Positions 29,750 through 40,639 of a stretch of 64,000 bases of DNA are shown here, in pieces; position 1 is the first letter of the stretch, and every line of letters begins with the position of its first letter. The stretch is taken from the IMG/VR virus record IMGVR_UViG_3300042905_004067; one strand, given 5' to 3'. Source of the stretch: a virus. The translations under genes and the position numbers were made by a program. The notes below the pieces were generated by a model. The model had not been told where the DNA came from. It made no database searches and saw only the letters and a list, made by a program, of their open reading frames with translations.

Positions 29750-30949
29750 TTAGATTCCTAATTTTTGTTCTAGAACTTGTATTCTTGCTTCAAGATCCAC
29801 CAATTTAGAATCTACGTTTGCGATATTTTCCGTTGACATCGTACCACCAATCACTAGATTATTAAAATTTACATTTTCTGGTAGATATGAGACTACTGTA
29901 TCTGGTTTGACACGAAGTAAAGTTTTAGTGGAAAAATCTAAAACTTGAGTAGATGTTCCGACTTTTGCATCAACATTTAGTGAAATTTTTGGTGTTTTAA
30001 AATGTGTAATTTCACCAGAAGTTACAGTTACTTTTGTGAGATTTGCAACTGGTTCTGATATCTCATATGTTGAATAAAAAGAACTCCATAAAATTTCATT
30101 TGTAGAATTGTGTTCTACAATTATGTAATTTTCAACAGTGTTTGCACTTATAACCAATGCGTATGCTCCAACTCCTCTTTTTGTTGTAGGATTAAGTGGT
30201 CTTATTGATTTTCCAACCAATCCTGATACAAAAGAAACAGATCCATTTACAGATAATTTTTCGTAAGAGCCATAACTAGTTCCATAAAGTGCATACGCAG
30301 AAGAGTATTCGGAGACTGATAAAAACTGAGGAATACTTGTATCAACCCATCCCTCTGGAACAGAAGAACCAGAATCTACAACTTTTATGTCTCCAATTGT
30401 CGATTCAGAACTTCTTACTGTAAAATCTGATGCTTCCGATGACTCGTATCCAAGATAATTAATTACAACCGAGTTATAGTTTGTTCCGGCAACTGGACAC
30501 ACCTGTAAAACTGGTTTTACTATAAATCCTCTTTGCTCAACTAACTCAAATGTTATTCCGCCTGGAACCGATGGGCTTAAAAAGAAAACATCTGTTCCAC
30601 CAATACCACCAGATGACGCTGAAATTCCTGCTATAGTAGAAGTTAGATTTGGATAAACCATAAGTCCCGAAGTTACAATTGTGGCATATGTAACACCAGA
30701 TACTTGTTCGATTTTTTCAACAATTCCTATAACTTCAGCATTTGACAATCCATTATCATCATAGTCTGGATCTGCAATAGATCTTGTAAATTCTTTGTCA
30801 TCTACGTCATAACGAATAACATCACCGGCGGCAATACTGGAATCCCAGTTCACATTTGTTTGTTGTTGAAATGCTATACGAAGACCGCTGGTTGCTTCAG
30901 TTGTGTTTATTGATATTGAATTAATAGTCGAGTTTGAGCAAGATGACAT
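29750..30949 (-). CDS. Virion structural protein with tail-collar-like domain
   Basis: IGDIKVV..SVPEGWV...LSVSEY..AYALYGT.YG resembles the tail collar domain; N-terminal domain paralogous to the 34004 ORF; C-terminal coiled coil. Confidence 0.55.
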   Translation of the reverse strand: MSSCSNSTINSISINTTEATSGLRIAFQQQTNVNWDSSIAAGDVIRYDVDDKEFTRSIADPDYDDNGLSNAEVIGIVEKIEQVSGVTYATIVTSGLMVYPNLTSTIAGISASSGGIGGTDVFFLSPSVPGGITFELVEQRGFIVKPVLQVCPVAGTNYNSVVINYLGYESSEASDFTVRSSESTIGDIKVVDSGSSVPEGWVDTSIPQFLSVSEYSSAYALYGTSYGSYEKLSVNGSVSFVSGLVGKSIRPLNPTTKRGVGAYALVISANTVENYIIVEHNSTNEILWSSFYSTYEISEPVANLTKVTVTSGEITHFKTPKISLNVDAKVGTSTQVLDFSTKTLLRVKPDTVVSYLPENVNFNNLVIGGTMSTENIANVDSKLVDLEARIQVLEQKLGI

Positions 30950-30964
30950 CTTCTATCCTTATGT

Positions 30965-32080
30965 TTATGGAGTTTCAGGAGTTTCATATTCTATAGGTTC
31001 TGATGGACCTCTATCGTATGGACTTGGATCTATATCTGCATCAGCAATTATATGGACTAAAATATCATCAAAAATCACTGCACCAGTGTTTACAGTAAAA
31101 GCCACACCATATGTATTTCCGGCTGCTGTAAGTGTTGATGCCCCTGTTGGAGAAAATCTTGTAATTTGATTCCATCCACGAGTACCGGAAGTTAATCTCA
31201 TATCTTTTTCAGCGGATTTGTTATAACCATCATTTTGTGTTCCGCTTTTTGGTGAATACACAGTAATTTGGGGTGCTTTTATTTGTTCAACTGGTAGTTT
31301 AAAATTATAAGAATAACTTGGTGTTACTGTGAAATTCAAAGCAGTTAAATCGTTTCCATTTTGAAGTGTAACGTCACCCGTATTATATTCAAGAGGATAT
31401 GATCTATAATAATATTTGTTTTGTTTATTTTTTTCCTCAATAGGATCTGAAACAAAATTAGTGGATATTTTAGATTGTGTTTGTTGAAGTAAAACATTTG
31501 AAATGCTAATATTACATTCTGGTAATATTTTAAATCCAATAGAAAAATAATGATCGCCACTTATTCCATTATAATTTACACTGGAAGGAGTAAAATTTAA
31601 AGAATATTTTTGCCAATATGGTTGTACTGATAACTCTGTGGGCAAAACTGTGCTAAATTCTGTGGTGTTTGGATTTACTGCTTGTCTATAATAGCAAGAT
31701 AAAGTTCCTCCAGTTATTCCAGACAATATTTTTGCAGAAAAACTTAAAGTTAATGGTACATTTTGGAATGAATTTGCACCAAATTGTTTATTTTCAAAAT
31801 AACAAAAACCAGAAGTTACTCCTGTTATTTGATTAGTTATTGTTACATAGTTTCCATAACCATGAATTGTTCCTATGTTAAATTTTTCTTTATAGACTTG
31901 AATTTGTCCGGTACTTCCACTAATTCTTTGTTGACTATCTATTAAATACCAACGATCTGCTGTTTTTCTGAGAGGCGCAGTCAACGTATTACCGGCATCT
32001 ACATCGTTCCATAAAATAGAAAATGTGATTCCTCTTTGCCATAAATCAAAATTTCCATTTATGATTAAATTATTAGTCAT
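30965..32080 (-). CDS. Tail-associated protein with carbohydrate-binding-like module
   Basis: NLIINGNFDLWQRG...ADRW motif common in tail proteins. Confidence 0.55.
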   Translation of the reverse strand: MTNNLIINGNFDLWQRGITFSILWNDVDAGNTLTAPLRKTADRWYLIDSQQRISGSTGQIQVYKEKFNIGTIHGYGNYVTITNQITGVTSGFCYFENKQFGANSFQNVPLTLSFSAKILSGITGGTLSCYYRQAVNPNTTEFSTVLPTELSVQPYWQKYSLNFTPSSVNYNGISGDHYFSIGFKILPECNISISNVLLQQTQSKISTNFVSDPIEEKNKQNKYYYRSYPLEYNTGDVTLQNGNDLTALNFTVTPSYSYNFKLPVEQIKAPQITVYSPKSGTQNDGYNKSAEKDMRLTSGTRGWNQITRFSPTGASTLTAAGNTYGVAFTVNTGAVIFDDILVHIIADADIDPSPYDRGPSEPIEYETPETP

Positions 32081-32094
32081 TTGTGTTTCCTAGT

Positions 32095-32628
32095 TTAAGA
32101 CTGAACATTTTTATCACCAAGATAACGATAGTAAATTTGATCCGCATTTAATATTTGATTACCGGAAAATATACCTTTACCAAAAGTAATTCCCGTAATA
32201 GCATCAGCAGTAGCACCACCACCGGCACTAGTTAAAAATGCTTGTTTATTTGTTTGAATATAAAATGCTTCAAATTTATCATCAGATGTAGCAGTTATTG
32301 ATGGATTTGCGGTAGAAAAATCTACAGATGTTGTAGCATATTTCCATGCTATGTTTATTTCATTTGGGGCCGCGATATAAAAATCAGGCATAAATGCACA
32401 TGTAATTGTTCTATTTGTACTCACAAAGTCAGAACTGTTCAAATAAATTGTAGAAAATCCAGCTAATGTAGTTCCTCCAGATTTTGCAACACTAGGTGTT
32501 TTTGTAAATATTTCAGATTCAAAAGCATTACTATAGTCTGGGGCGGTAAACCCCGCTTTTGGTAAAGCATTTGCTGTAGAAAGAGTTCTTGGAACAATTG
32601 CACCTGTTATGAATGTTGGTAATGGCAT
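32095..32628 (-). CDS. Hypothetical structural protein
   Basis: Tightly packed ORF in the tail cluster. Confidence 0.5.
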   Translation of the reverse strand: MPLPTFITGAIVPRTLSTANALPKAGFTAPDYSNAFESEIFTKTPSVAKSGGTTLAGFSTIYLNSSDFVSTNRTITCAFMPDFYIAAPNEINIAWKYATTSVDFSTANPSITATSDDKFEAFYIQTNKQAFLTSAGGGATADAITGITFGKGIFSGNQILNADQIYYRYLGDKNVQS

Positions 32629-32632
32629 AAAT

Positions 32633-34003
32633 TTATCCTACTAAATTTTGATAAGCATTTTGAATTTTTGTCAATGTTGATGTTAATTTTTCCTGTAAAA
32701 CATCAAATTGTTTTTTTGTTGCTACTTGTTTTTCATCTGTGTTTGAATAGTAATATGTAATTGGTATTTCTTGATCTATTAAATATTGCATTAATGGGTA
32801 TACTTCATTATTTAACGAAGTATTCGAAATACCTCCACCGGTTAACATTCCTAATCCAAATATTTCATTGTCTATTACCCTACAAAGTAAACCCGAAGAA
32901 TCTCCTCCCACCGTGGCCGCCCTCCCCTTTATGTCGATTCCAAGCGGTAAAAAACTAGTATAAGTTAATGGATTTTTAGCTACAAGTGTACTAGAATAAT
33001 AAACATAACCATTTTTTGGTATTTTAAAAACTGTTTGATTTGCTCCTATGAAACAATATGTATCATTTTGTTTAACTGGAACTATTAACTTATTTAAACT
33101 TATAAAATAATCATTAAATCTTGTTTTTGGTTTTCTTTGTGTTTCTAAAGTAAAATTAGCAACTGTGGTCATATCATTTGGTAGGTTTCTTACAATATAG
33201 TTTTTAATATTTTTTCGTTCTTCTTTATTTAAACATGAGTATAGACTTAGAGTTCTCATGTATGGTGGATCGCGAGGTTGAAGTGGAGCTTGACCAGGAT
33301 TTTCATAGAATTTAATCAATCCAAAATCCCATCGATTTGTAACTCTATAAAATGTTGTACCGGGAACTAAAGTTTCTTCTATAAAAGAATCTGATAAAAC
33401 TGGACAATTACTTGTATTTACACCAGAATACACTTGTTTTTCTGTGCTATGTTCATATGGTGTTTCTACAAACTCATACGGTCTTCCAGCGTATAGACTA
33501 TAATCAATAGTTTCAGAAAAAGAACTATTTGTGTCCCAAAAAGAAAGCCAGCCAGCAACTGGTAGTTCTACACTTCCCTGCGTGGATGCATAATTTGCAA
33601 ATAGTTTATCAATTTGAAATTGAATTTGATTACCAGAATAAGATGGTCCAAATGTGTTTACACATGTTGTGTCATTTCCAGTTATTGTTATATCCTGAAT
33701 ATGAGTTGCAGTACAAACATGATAAGGACCTATCCAATAGGTTTTAACTCCATGTGACTGGTAATAATTAGGAAAAAGACCGGGAGTTAATCCGGGTGGA
33801 ATTCCTGCCAATCCCCCAGGCTGTCCTGCCGCTTCGTCAAAGTCACCGTAATATGTTCTTTCTATTATATTTTGAAATTTGTAGGATTCTCTTGCATTGT
33901 ATAAAATACAATTCGGATTTATACCAGTTGGTGCTCCCATGCCGGAAACTCCACCGTATAAATACATGTCATGTAAGTTTGGATTGTATGTTGAAAAATA
34001 CAT
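32633..34003 (-). CDS. Putative trypsin-like (PA clan) serine protease
   Basis: Ordered triad-like motifs HVCTATH, WDFGLIK, VGGDSSGLL. Confidence 0.6.
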   Translation of the reverse strand: MYFSTYNPNLHDMYLYGGVSGMGAPTGINPNCILYNARESYKFQNIIERTYYGDFDEAAGQPGGLAGIPPGLTPGLFPNYYQSHGVKTYWIGPYHVCTATHIQDITITGNDTTCVNTFGPSYSGNQIQFQIDKLFANYASTQGSVELPVAGWLSFWDTNSSFSETIDYSLYAGRPYEFVETPYEHSTEKQVYSGVNTSNCPVLSDSFIEETLVPGTTFYRVTNRWDFGLIKFYENPGQAPLQPRDPPYMRTLSLYSCLNKEERKNIKNYIVRNLPNDMTTVANFTLETQRKPKTRFNDYFISLNKLIVPVKQNDTYCFIGANQTVFKIPKNGYVYYSSTLVAKNPLTYTSFLPLGIDIKGRAATVGGDSSGLLCRVIDNEIFGLGMLTGGGISNTSLNNEVYPLMQYLIDQEIPITYYYSNTDEKQVATKKQFDVLQEKLTSTLTKIQNAYQNLVG

Positions 34004-35002
34004 TTAAAATTGTATCCAACCAGTGTTTCCAATTACAGTGTAATTACCATAAACTACTGCTCTAGAAAGATCATCTAATTGATCTTGCATTGTTACTAAC
34101 GCAGAAAGAGCCGAAAGCATAGTAGATTCTCTGGGAAAATCTATCGAGGTATCAATAGAACTTGCAACATATACTTCGACATCATTGTTTTCTTTTGCTG
34201 AAACTTCAACACCTGGACCTTTAAATATTAAATTGTTTAATGAAGTCGTTATAGTTTCTTGATTAATTCCATTATCAAATAAAACTGTTATCGGAGAACC
34301 AGAACCACCAACTGAGGTTGAACTAGAACCGGATACACCACCAATGAATCCTCTATGAACTATAAACAGTCCGTCATTTCCAGTTATACCAATTACAACT
34401 GGTTTTGAAACATATTGTACTGAATCTGGTTCTAATGTTGTTCCTGCTCCAGACACTCCAGCACTCAAAAAGTAGACGGCACCTTTTATTAATGTTGCTC
34501 CAGCAGTTCCTATAAAATTTTCCACAAGGGAAGAACCAGAAAATTTACCTGAAGTGCATACTTGTGCGTTTGCTCCAGTAAATCCTACAACAATTCCTGC
34601 AACTTCGGCTGTGCATTCATCATCTGCTTTTGCTTTTTGTGCTTTTCCGGTAGAATCAATATAGACTAGATTTCCTAAAGTCACTCCAGTATTAAATGGT
34701 AATGACAATACAGTGCCAGAAACATCATTTGTAATTGAATAGTTTAAAACACCACTTACTGTTAAATTTCCATTAATGTTTACGTTGTTTCCAAATGTTA
34801 CAGTTTTAGAAACCGTACTTGCAATAGCTAAAGTATAACCACCAGTAACAGATGGGTGTGGTGTGACTATAATTCCATCACCGCCAGTAATGCTAGCAAC
34901 TTTTCTATAATTTAGGCCAGCAATAATATCATTTGTGCGTTTATACCACGCACCAAAAGTATTTCCTAAACTTAATGAACTAATATTTGTTATGTCTGCC
35001 AT
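34004..35002 (-). CDS. Virion structural / fibre-attachment protein
   Basis: N-terminal NTF..W...TN motif of T4-like tail proteins; internal domain shared with the 29750 ORF (AEV.GIV...TSG...FLS...KPV). Confidence 0.55.
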   Translation of the reverse strand: MADITNISSLSLGNTFGAWYKRTNDIIAGLNYRKVASITGGDGIIVTPHPSVTGGYTLAIASTVSKTVTFGNNVNINGNLTVSGVLNYSITNDVSGTVLSLPFNTGVTLGNLVYIDSTGKAQKAKADDECTAEVAGIVVGFTGANAQVCTSGKFSGSSLVENFIGTAGATLIKGAVYFLSAGVSGAGTTLEPDSVQYVSKPVVIGITGNDGLFIVHRGFIGGVSGSSSTSVGGSGSPITVLFDNGINQETITTSLNNLIFKGPGVEVSAKENNDVEVYVASSIDTSIDFPRESTMLSALSALVTMQDQLDDLSRAVVYGNYTVIGNTGWIQF

Positions 35003-35003
35003 A

Positions 35004-35726
35004 TTATGCTTCCGATACTTTAATATTATTTATGAAGTAAAACCCATCAGATCTTCGCTGTGCTATTGCAACAAATGAATTTGTTATTTGTTGGGTGGAA
35101 GTAACAACATCGGTTATTTTTAAGTAATATCTGGAAGATCCACATGCAGAGGAATTTGCAACACTAAGCGGATGTATTCCTGAGAGTCCAGATGTATTAC
35201 AAGTGGCAATTTCTCCAGTATATTCTCCGCTTCCACTTGTGTTTAGACTAAAACCAACATATGAATTTAGTGGGATATCTGTAAGTGAAAGAAAATTATC
35301 AACGCTGGTTGGGGCATCTGTAACGAAATATAACCAAAAATACAAACCACTAGAATTTGCCTTACAAAGATACCAAGAATAATTTTTTAATAAAATAGAG
35401 GAACTGCTAGCCTTGACATTATCGGGTGTAATTGGAGTTGCGCCATCCCACCCTGGTCCAAAAGTCTCAGCAGAACCAGAGGTTAATATTTCTGTCATCC
35501 AATTTGATATCATCTCCATTGTCAATGTTTGATGAACATTCATTCTAAATTGGAGTTCATTTAATTCTTGTGCCTGTAATATTTTACCTGGCTCAAATGC
35601 GATCATTTTATAACCAGCCGAATAAGATCCTGCTGCTGCCTGACCATAATCAACTGCACCACCGAAACTAAGTGGGCTGAAATCCGGTAATGAAGAAAGT
35701 TGTTCTGTTGTTATGTTTATTGCCAT
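35004..35726 (-). CDS. DUF4815-N-terminus-like baseplate-associated protein
   Basis: AFEPGKILQAQELNELQ resembles the F.PG..LQA.EL.QLQ motif of the protein following gp8 in cyanomyoviruses. Confidence 0.6.
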   Translation of the reverse strand: MAINITTEQLSSLPDFSPLSFGGAVDYGQAAAGSYSAGYKMIAFEPGKILQAQELNELQFRMNVHQTLTMEMISNWMTEILTSGSAETFGPGWDGATPITPDNVKASSSSILLKNYSWYLCKANSSGLYFWLYFVTDAPTSVDNFLSLTDIPLNSYVGFSLNTSGSGEYTGEIATCNTSGLSGIHPLSVANSSACGSSRYYLKITDVVTSTQQITNSFVAIAQRRSDGFYFINNIKVSEA

Positions 35727-35727
35727 T

Positions 35728-37464
35728 TTATATTAGGAATGAAAGTTTTGTTGATGCTATTGAACCAGTTTTTTCAAATTTAATATTTGTTGGAAGACTT
35801 CTGGTTGTGACGTAATTTACATTATCTAATTTATAATTAGGTGTATTTACATTTGTTATTGTGTATTCTACTGAATTTATTGACATTTTAGATTTTGGCT
35901 GAAGCACTTCTTGTGCAAGTTCGTCTACTCCGGCAATTTCTAAAATAGCATTAATTGCACTTCCACCAGATGTATAATTTTCTTTATATGCAGTTAATTT
36001 TGAACCATAATCTAAAGAATTTCTTGTTGAATCCGTTGAAGATTTAATAGTAACTGTTGTTGAATCTTTATTGTTAACATATATTTCTTTTTCATTCTCA
36101 AGACTGCTTGGTAAAGATCCACTAACTGGAGATAGTGTTATTTTTGTTGTAGTTCTTGCTTTTATTGATTTATTTAACGTTGTATCGTCAGTTGGATTTA
36201 AATTTTCTAATGTTTTTATGTTTTTAACAATTCCTATTTTTGAAAAAATAGTTTGTTCTGTTTGTGTTTCTGTTAAATCACTACTTGATACAGTTTTTAC
36301 TACAGAAATTCTAGGATTTGGTAAAAATGTAGAGGGATCTATTATATCTGGTAGAACTACTGCTTTAATTGCGTTTTCTAAATTAGTTGTTCCTTGTGTA
36401 ACTTTAAACGAAGGATTTATATAATTTTGTCCTGGTGTCTTTAAAGTAATTCCATTTGCTATAAAAACATTTCTTCTTATATCATAATAAGTTTCAATAT
36501 TTGCTGTTGCTTCAAATCCAAGCGCATCTAAAACTATTACTTCTGGAGAAGCAACGGAGCAAATCCTGTCCTCTATCGAGAGAGAACTTACATCTAATTG
36601 TAAACTTTGAATTCCGTTATTTAAATTTTGAACATATTCATAATTTTTATACTGAATATAAAAGCGATCATTTACATCTAATTTATCTGAAAGTATTGAA
36701 GATTCTAATTCATCAACAGAATTTCTATTAACTGTTGAATTTCCATTGTTACTGTAAAATGCACTTTTATAACCTAATTTTTCACCAACCTCATGACAAG
36801 CCCAACACTCCCAGTCTACAGTTGGAATTCCCTTGGTAATTTGATCACCATTTTCATAAATCTCATATCCGGCATCTGTTACTGGTTCTTTTGTTTTTGT
36901 AACATAGTAAAAATAACACGATCCCTGGTCATCCGCGCCGCCCGGACACAAAGAATTATATTTTGAGAGTAGTGTTGAACCATTTTCTATACTAGTGGTA
37001 TAATCATTAATATTGCTAACTGGCATAAAACTTTCAGTTAAAAATTTACTTAGTTCAAAATCTATTCTATACATGGCAAGCCAGGAGTAACCATCTGTGT
37101 ATGTTTGAACCCCGTTTTCGTGAGTTGGTGATTCCGTACTAGGAAATGCAGTTTCTCCTAATAGACCAGTTGGTTGATTTTTACCAACACAGAGATATAC
37201 TATGTCAGTAACATCATTATAACAGTATGTGGAAGAACTCGTTGAGGTTAAATAATAAGGCTCAAAGTTTGTTCCATAAGACCAATTTACTCTAGGAACT
37301 ACGGTTGAAACTTCATCTTTTGTGATTCTGCTAACATAAGAAATATCAGTTTCGTCTACTAAATTACTTCCACCAGAAATACCACCAAGAAACACAAAAA
37401 AGTTTGTCATTTCTTTTTTTGTAACGTTTGCTGTGAAAGATTTTACTTGATTTTTAATACTCAT
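35728..37464 (-). CDS. Baseplate wedge protein gp8-like
   Basis: VVPRVNW..G, VYLC, P.H......DGYSW..MY.I...KFLT..FMPV. Confidence 0.8.
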   Translation of the reverse strand: MSIKNQVKSFTANVTKKEMTNFFVFLGGISGGSNLVDETDISYVSRITKDEVSTVVPRVNWSYGTNFEPYYLTSTSSSTYCYNDVTDIVYLCVGKNQPTGLLGETAFPSTESPTHENGVQTYTDGYSWLAMYRIDFELSKFLTESFMPVSNINDYTTSIENGSTLLSKYNSLCPGGADDQGSCYFYYVTKTKEPVTDAGYEIYENGDQITKGIPTVDWECWACHEVGEKLGYKSAFYSNNGNSTVNRNSVDELESSILSDKLDVNDRFYIQYKNYEYVQNLNNGIQSLQLDVSSLSIEDRICSVASPEVIVLDALGFEATANIETYYDIRRNVFIANGITLKTPGQNYINPSFKVTQGTTNLENAIKAVVLPDIIDPSTFLPNPRISVVKTVSSSDLTETQTEQTIFSKIGIVKNIKTLENLNPTDDTTLNKSIKARTTTKITLSPVSGSLPSSLENEKEIYVNNKDSTTVTIKSSTDSTRNSLDYGSKLTAYKENYTSGGSAINAILEIAGVDELAQEVLQPKSKMSINSVEYTITNVNTPNYKLDNVNYVTTRSLPTNIKFEKTGSIASTKLSFLI

Positions 37465-37471
37465 GGCTTTT

Positions 37472-37479
37472 TATTTATA
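37472..37479 (-). promoter_or_regulatory. Late promoter TATAAATA, 7 nt before gp8 ATG
   Basis: Exact T4 late consensus. Confidence 0.65.
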
Positions 37480-37481
37480 TG

Positions 37482-38900
37482 TTAAACACCAGTTGTAGTA
37501 CAAAGAGCACAGTCTTGACCGTTTGTGTTTTCTGCTATTGATTCTTCACAGGTAGAACCAGTTCCTATATTTGGTGATAAATATGTGTTTGAGTACAAAT
37601 CAGTAAAACTTCCAATTTTTACTTTTGAAAACGGGACAGTATCTGAAGACTCTTCAATTGGAACATTTGAACCATTTAAATCAATCCTGACATTATCTGC
37701 CCAGTCAGGCCACCAATGTTGTGGATAATAACCAGTAACTCCAGTTGGATCACAGTCATTAGTACAACAGTAACAGAAATAACCATTTGGTGTGACACAA
37801 TTAGGACTAACAAATCCAATAGTGACTAAATTGTCTTCTGTTCTGTCTGGAGAAAATAGCAAATAATGAGAAATAACTGGTTGTTCTGTTGAACCAGTTG
37901 ACACTGGATCTGTATCTTCATCATTTACTTCATCTGGTCCTGCGTCTTCTTCTTCCAAAGGAACATACTGTTCAAAGAAACCCAACATTCCAGCAGGGTG
38001 TGCTCCTGCTAAAATTGTAGATTTATACGTTTCTGCCTCCTGAACATCCGCGCTAGATGTCAGTAAATATGAGTGTTCTTGCCAAAAATAATCATCAGGC
38101 AAAACCGCTTCATTTAGAGCAGCACCAAACAAATTTGGTCTTATAGAAGCATCATAACCACCTAATGGGGATTGTGTAGCAGTTGGATTTCTTACATCAA
38201 AATCTTGTGGTAAATCTATTATTGTGTTATTTGTAACGTCCCATTGAAAATCAATATATTTCCCACCATTTAATCTCATTAAATATTTTTTTGGATATTG
38301 AAATTGAACATTTGTTATATTAAATAATGTTTTCAAAATATATCGATATGAGTCTTCCGTTCCTTTGGTTATTAAGAAATTACTTTTTAATGATTTTAGA
38401 AAAGATCTGACATATTGCCTGTCTGTTGGGGTTATATCAGAAAGATTTATGAATGGAGCATATGTTTTGACGTAGTTATTTAAAAATGCGTCTGGTACTC
38501 GTTCAATATCTAAAAGTTCTTCAATATCATATGGAGTTAATTGAATTTCTTCTTTTTTAAATCCACAATAAATCCAGTTGTAATATTCCTTTAAAAATAA
38601 AGTAAAATAATTATTAGAATCGGATGCACCGTAATTTTGTTTCATCCAAAACGGTATTTGTCCATCAATAAAGGAAGGTGCTTCGCAATAAATGTCTTGT
38701 ATTGGGTTTGTTGCATTTTCTATTACTACTAGATCTTTAAGATATAACGACGATGACGCCCCAGAATTTGAGACTGGTTGAAGTGATTGTTCAAATTCTC
38801 GTTCAATTTGTGATACAAAATTCCTAAAACTTAAAGCCTGAGAAGCAACTGCAATTGGGGGCTCTGTTTGAGGTTTCTTTAATAGAGTTATAATACTCAT
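37482..38900 (-). CDS. Baseplate wedge protein gp7-like
   Basis: FLKEYY.W, KGTEDSY...K.LF, DDYFWQEHSY, HPAGM..F. Confidence 0.78.
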   Translation of the reverse strand: MSIITLLKKPQTEPPIAVASQALSFRNFVSQIEREFEQSLQPVSNSGASSSLYLKDLVVIENATNPIQDIYCEAPSFIDGQIPFWMKQNYGASDSNNYFTLFLKEYYNWIYCGFKKEEIQLTPYDIEELLDIERVPDAFLNNYVKTYAPFINLSDITPTDRQYVRSFLKSLKSNFLITKGTEDSYRYILKTLFNITNVQFQYPKKYLMRLNGGKYIDFQWDVTNNTIIDLPQDFDVRNPTATQSPLGGYDASIRPNLFGAALNEAVLPDDYFWQEHSYLLTSSADVQEAETYKSTILAGAHPAGMLGFFEQYVPLEEEDAGPDEVNDEDTDPVSTGSTEQPVISHYLLFSPDRTEDNLVTIGFVSPNCVTPNGYFCYCCTNDCDPTGVTGYYPQHWWPDWADNVRIDLNGSNVPIEESSDTVPFSKVKIGSFTDLYSNTYLSPNIGTGSTCEESIAENTNGQDCALCTTTGV

Positions 38901-40639
38901 ACTCTTTGAACCTGTGTTGTTATATTTGGACGAAGGTATACTTCATCTTTGGCTGTTATTTGATTGGTATTATATGGCGCAGCAAGAATTTCAAACGACG
39001 AATTAGATAAATTTGGACTTAAAGTAACAACTCCAGTTTTATAGTTTATATCACCAACTGTTGCATTTATTGCAAGAGTTACAACACCTTCTTGATTAAC
39101 TGAGTATAGTTTTAATTTTCCAATTTCTGGTGGATTTTCGCTGTTTTGAAATAAAATAGGAACATCTCTTATTTGAACCTGGCTCTGTGAATAACTTGTA
39201 GAAGTAAAAAGAGAAGAAACTAAACTATAACCATTTTGTGTTGCTTGTGTTGGTGTTCTAAGTCTATTTTTAAAATTTAATGTTTTGATTCTTGTGCTAG
39301 GAGAAACCGTATATTGCAACGTTACGTTACTAAATGAATCTAAATTAAATCCTTCATATTGTTCAACAATTTCTCTTGTATCTGACAGGGTTAATGATGT
39401 CGAATATGCTCCTACTGGATATTTGTTCAGTATTTCTTGTTTAATCAACGCAACAGCAACATCTGGTTGAACTGTGGCACTGTCGTTATAAGAAATGTTT
39501 GCGGTTAGATTTAAACGAAGAGAAACCGGATTTACATATTCTGGCAAAACTGTCACAACAGATCTTTCTTTGAGTTTAGTAACAACGTCACGAATGATGC
39601 TATTATCACTTGTGTTTATTCCACTTATCGAAAACAATAATCTTCCATAAATTGGGGGTGAATTGTCTTCTCCTCCCCAGACATACGCATTTGGATAACC
39701 AAGTTGAGCAAGATAACCTTTGTAATCTGATTTTGTTACTAACCTTTGTTGGGCTGCAAATATAAGAGGAGCCACAGTTTTTGCTTCTTCTAAATCGGGA
39801 CTATTTAAACCACCCTGAGATGGTTGTAGTGTTCTCACAATTGAACCAGATGGTGTTATTGACGATCTAAAAGATCCACATCTATTGCCATTTGCTCCAT
39901 TTGATGCCAAATATTGGATTTTGACCAAATCTCCTGCTACTAAATTTGTAGTAACAGCGGCAGTAGTTCTAAACTTTACCACAAAACCGCCGCTTGTTCT
40001 TTCTAGAGCATACAAATTATTAGTTGGTTCTATAAATTGTCCGCTGTAAGTATCAACTAAGGTCCAGTACTTATAATCAGTATCTGTGGTTCTTTTAACA
40101 CTTATTCTAATAGTGTTGATATCCATAGTTAAATCTGGTATTAGTATTTTTTGATCTGGGTAATCAAAACCATTTCCACCGTATGTTAAAGTATTTAATG
40201 TTCCCTCATAGGCTGTAAAATAATTTGTACTATTATTTGTTACTGGTATTTGTTCTATATTCCAGAAATTGTATTGAAGACCTTCTGGTGTTGTCCCTAT
40301 TACATTTACAGTAAAAGGATCAATTATTGTTGCAGTGCTTACATTTTCTAATTTAATTCTTGCCTTTGAACTTATTCTTGTTGGAAGAACATACCCTAGT
40401 GGTTTTACTAAAGAAACAATTGATCTTTCAAGTTGTGCAGAATCAAGAAACGCCTCACCAGATATCATGTTTGCAAAGTGAGCATAATACAATGTATTGT
40501 ACGCTAACAAGTCAAGCAAAAAATTAACAGCAGATCCCTCAAAATTAAAATCTTTGACGGTATCTTGCTTTTTTAAATAATTAACCAAAGATTGTCGGAT
40601 ATTATCAAAATCTAGTTCTGATAAGTTTACTTGCGTCAT
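38897..40639 (-). CDS. gp6: Baseplate wedge protein gp6
   Basis: LDFDNIR..L, DFNFEGS, LLDLLAYNT, FLDSAQL, QRLVT..DY, WGGEDN.PPIYG. Confidence 0.92.
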   Translation of the reverse strand: MTQVNLSELDFDNIRQSLVNYLKKQDTVKDFNFEGSAVNFLLDLLAYNTLYYAHFANMISGEAFLDSAQLERSIVSLVKPLGYVLPTRISSKARIKLENVSTATIIDPFTVNVIGTTPEGLQYNFWNIEQIPVTNNSTNYFTAYEGTLNTLTYGGNGFDYPDQKILIPDLTMDINTIRISVKRTTDTDYKYWTLVDTYSGQFIEPTNNLYALERTSGGFVVKFRTTAAVTTNLVAGDLVKIQYLASNGANGNRCGSFRSSITPSGSIVRTLQPSQGGLNSPDLEEAKTVAPLIFAAQQRLVTKSDYKGYLAQLGYPNAYVWGGEDNSPPIYGRLLFSISGINTSDNSIIRDVVTKLKERSVVTVLPEYVNPVSLRLNLTANISYNDSATVQPDVAVALIKQEILNKYPVGAYSTSLTLSDTREIVEQYEGFNLDSFSNVTLQYTVSPSTRIKTLNFKNRLRTPTQATQNGYSLVSSLFTSTSYSQSQVQIRDVPILFQNSENPPEIGKLKLYSVNQEGVVTLAINATVGDINYKTGVVTLSPNLSNSSFEILAAPYNTNQITAKDEVYLRPNITTQVQRV

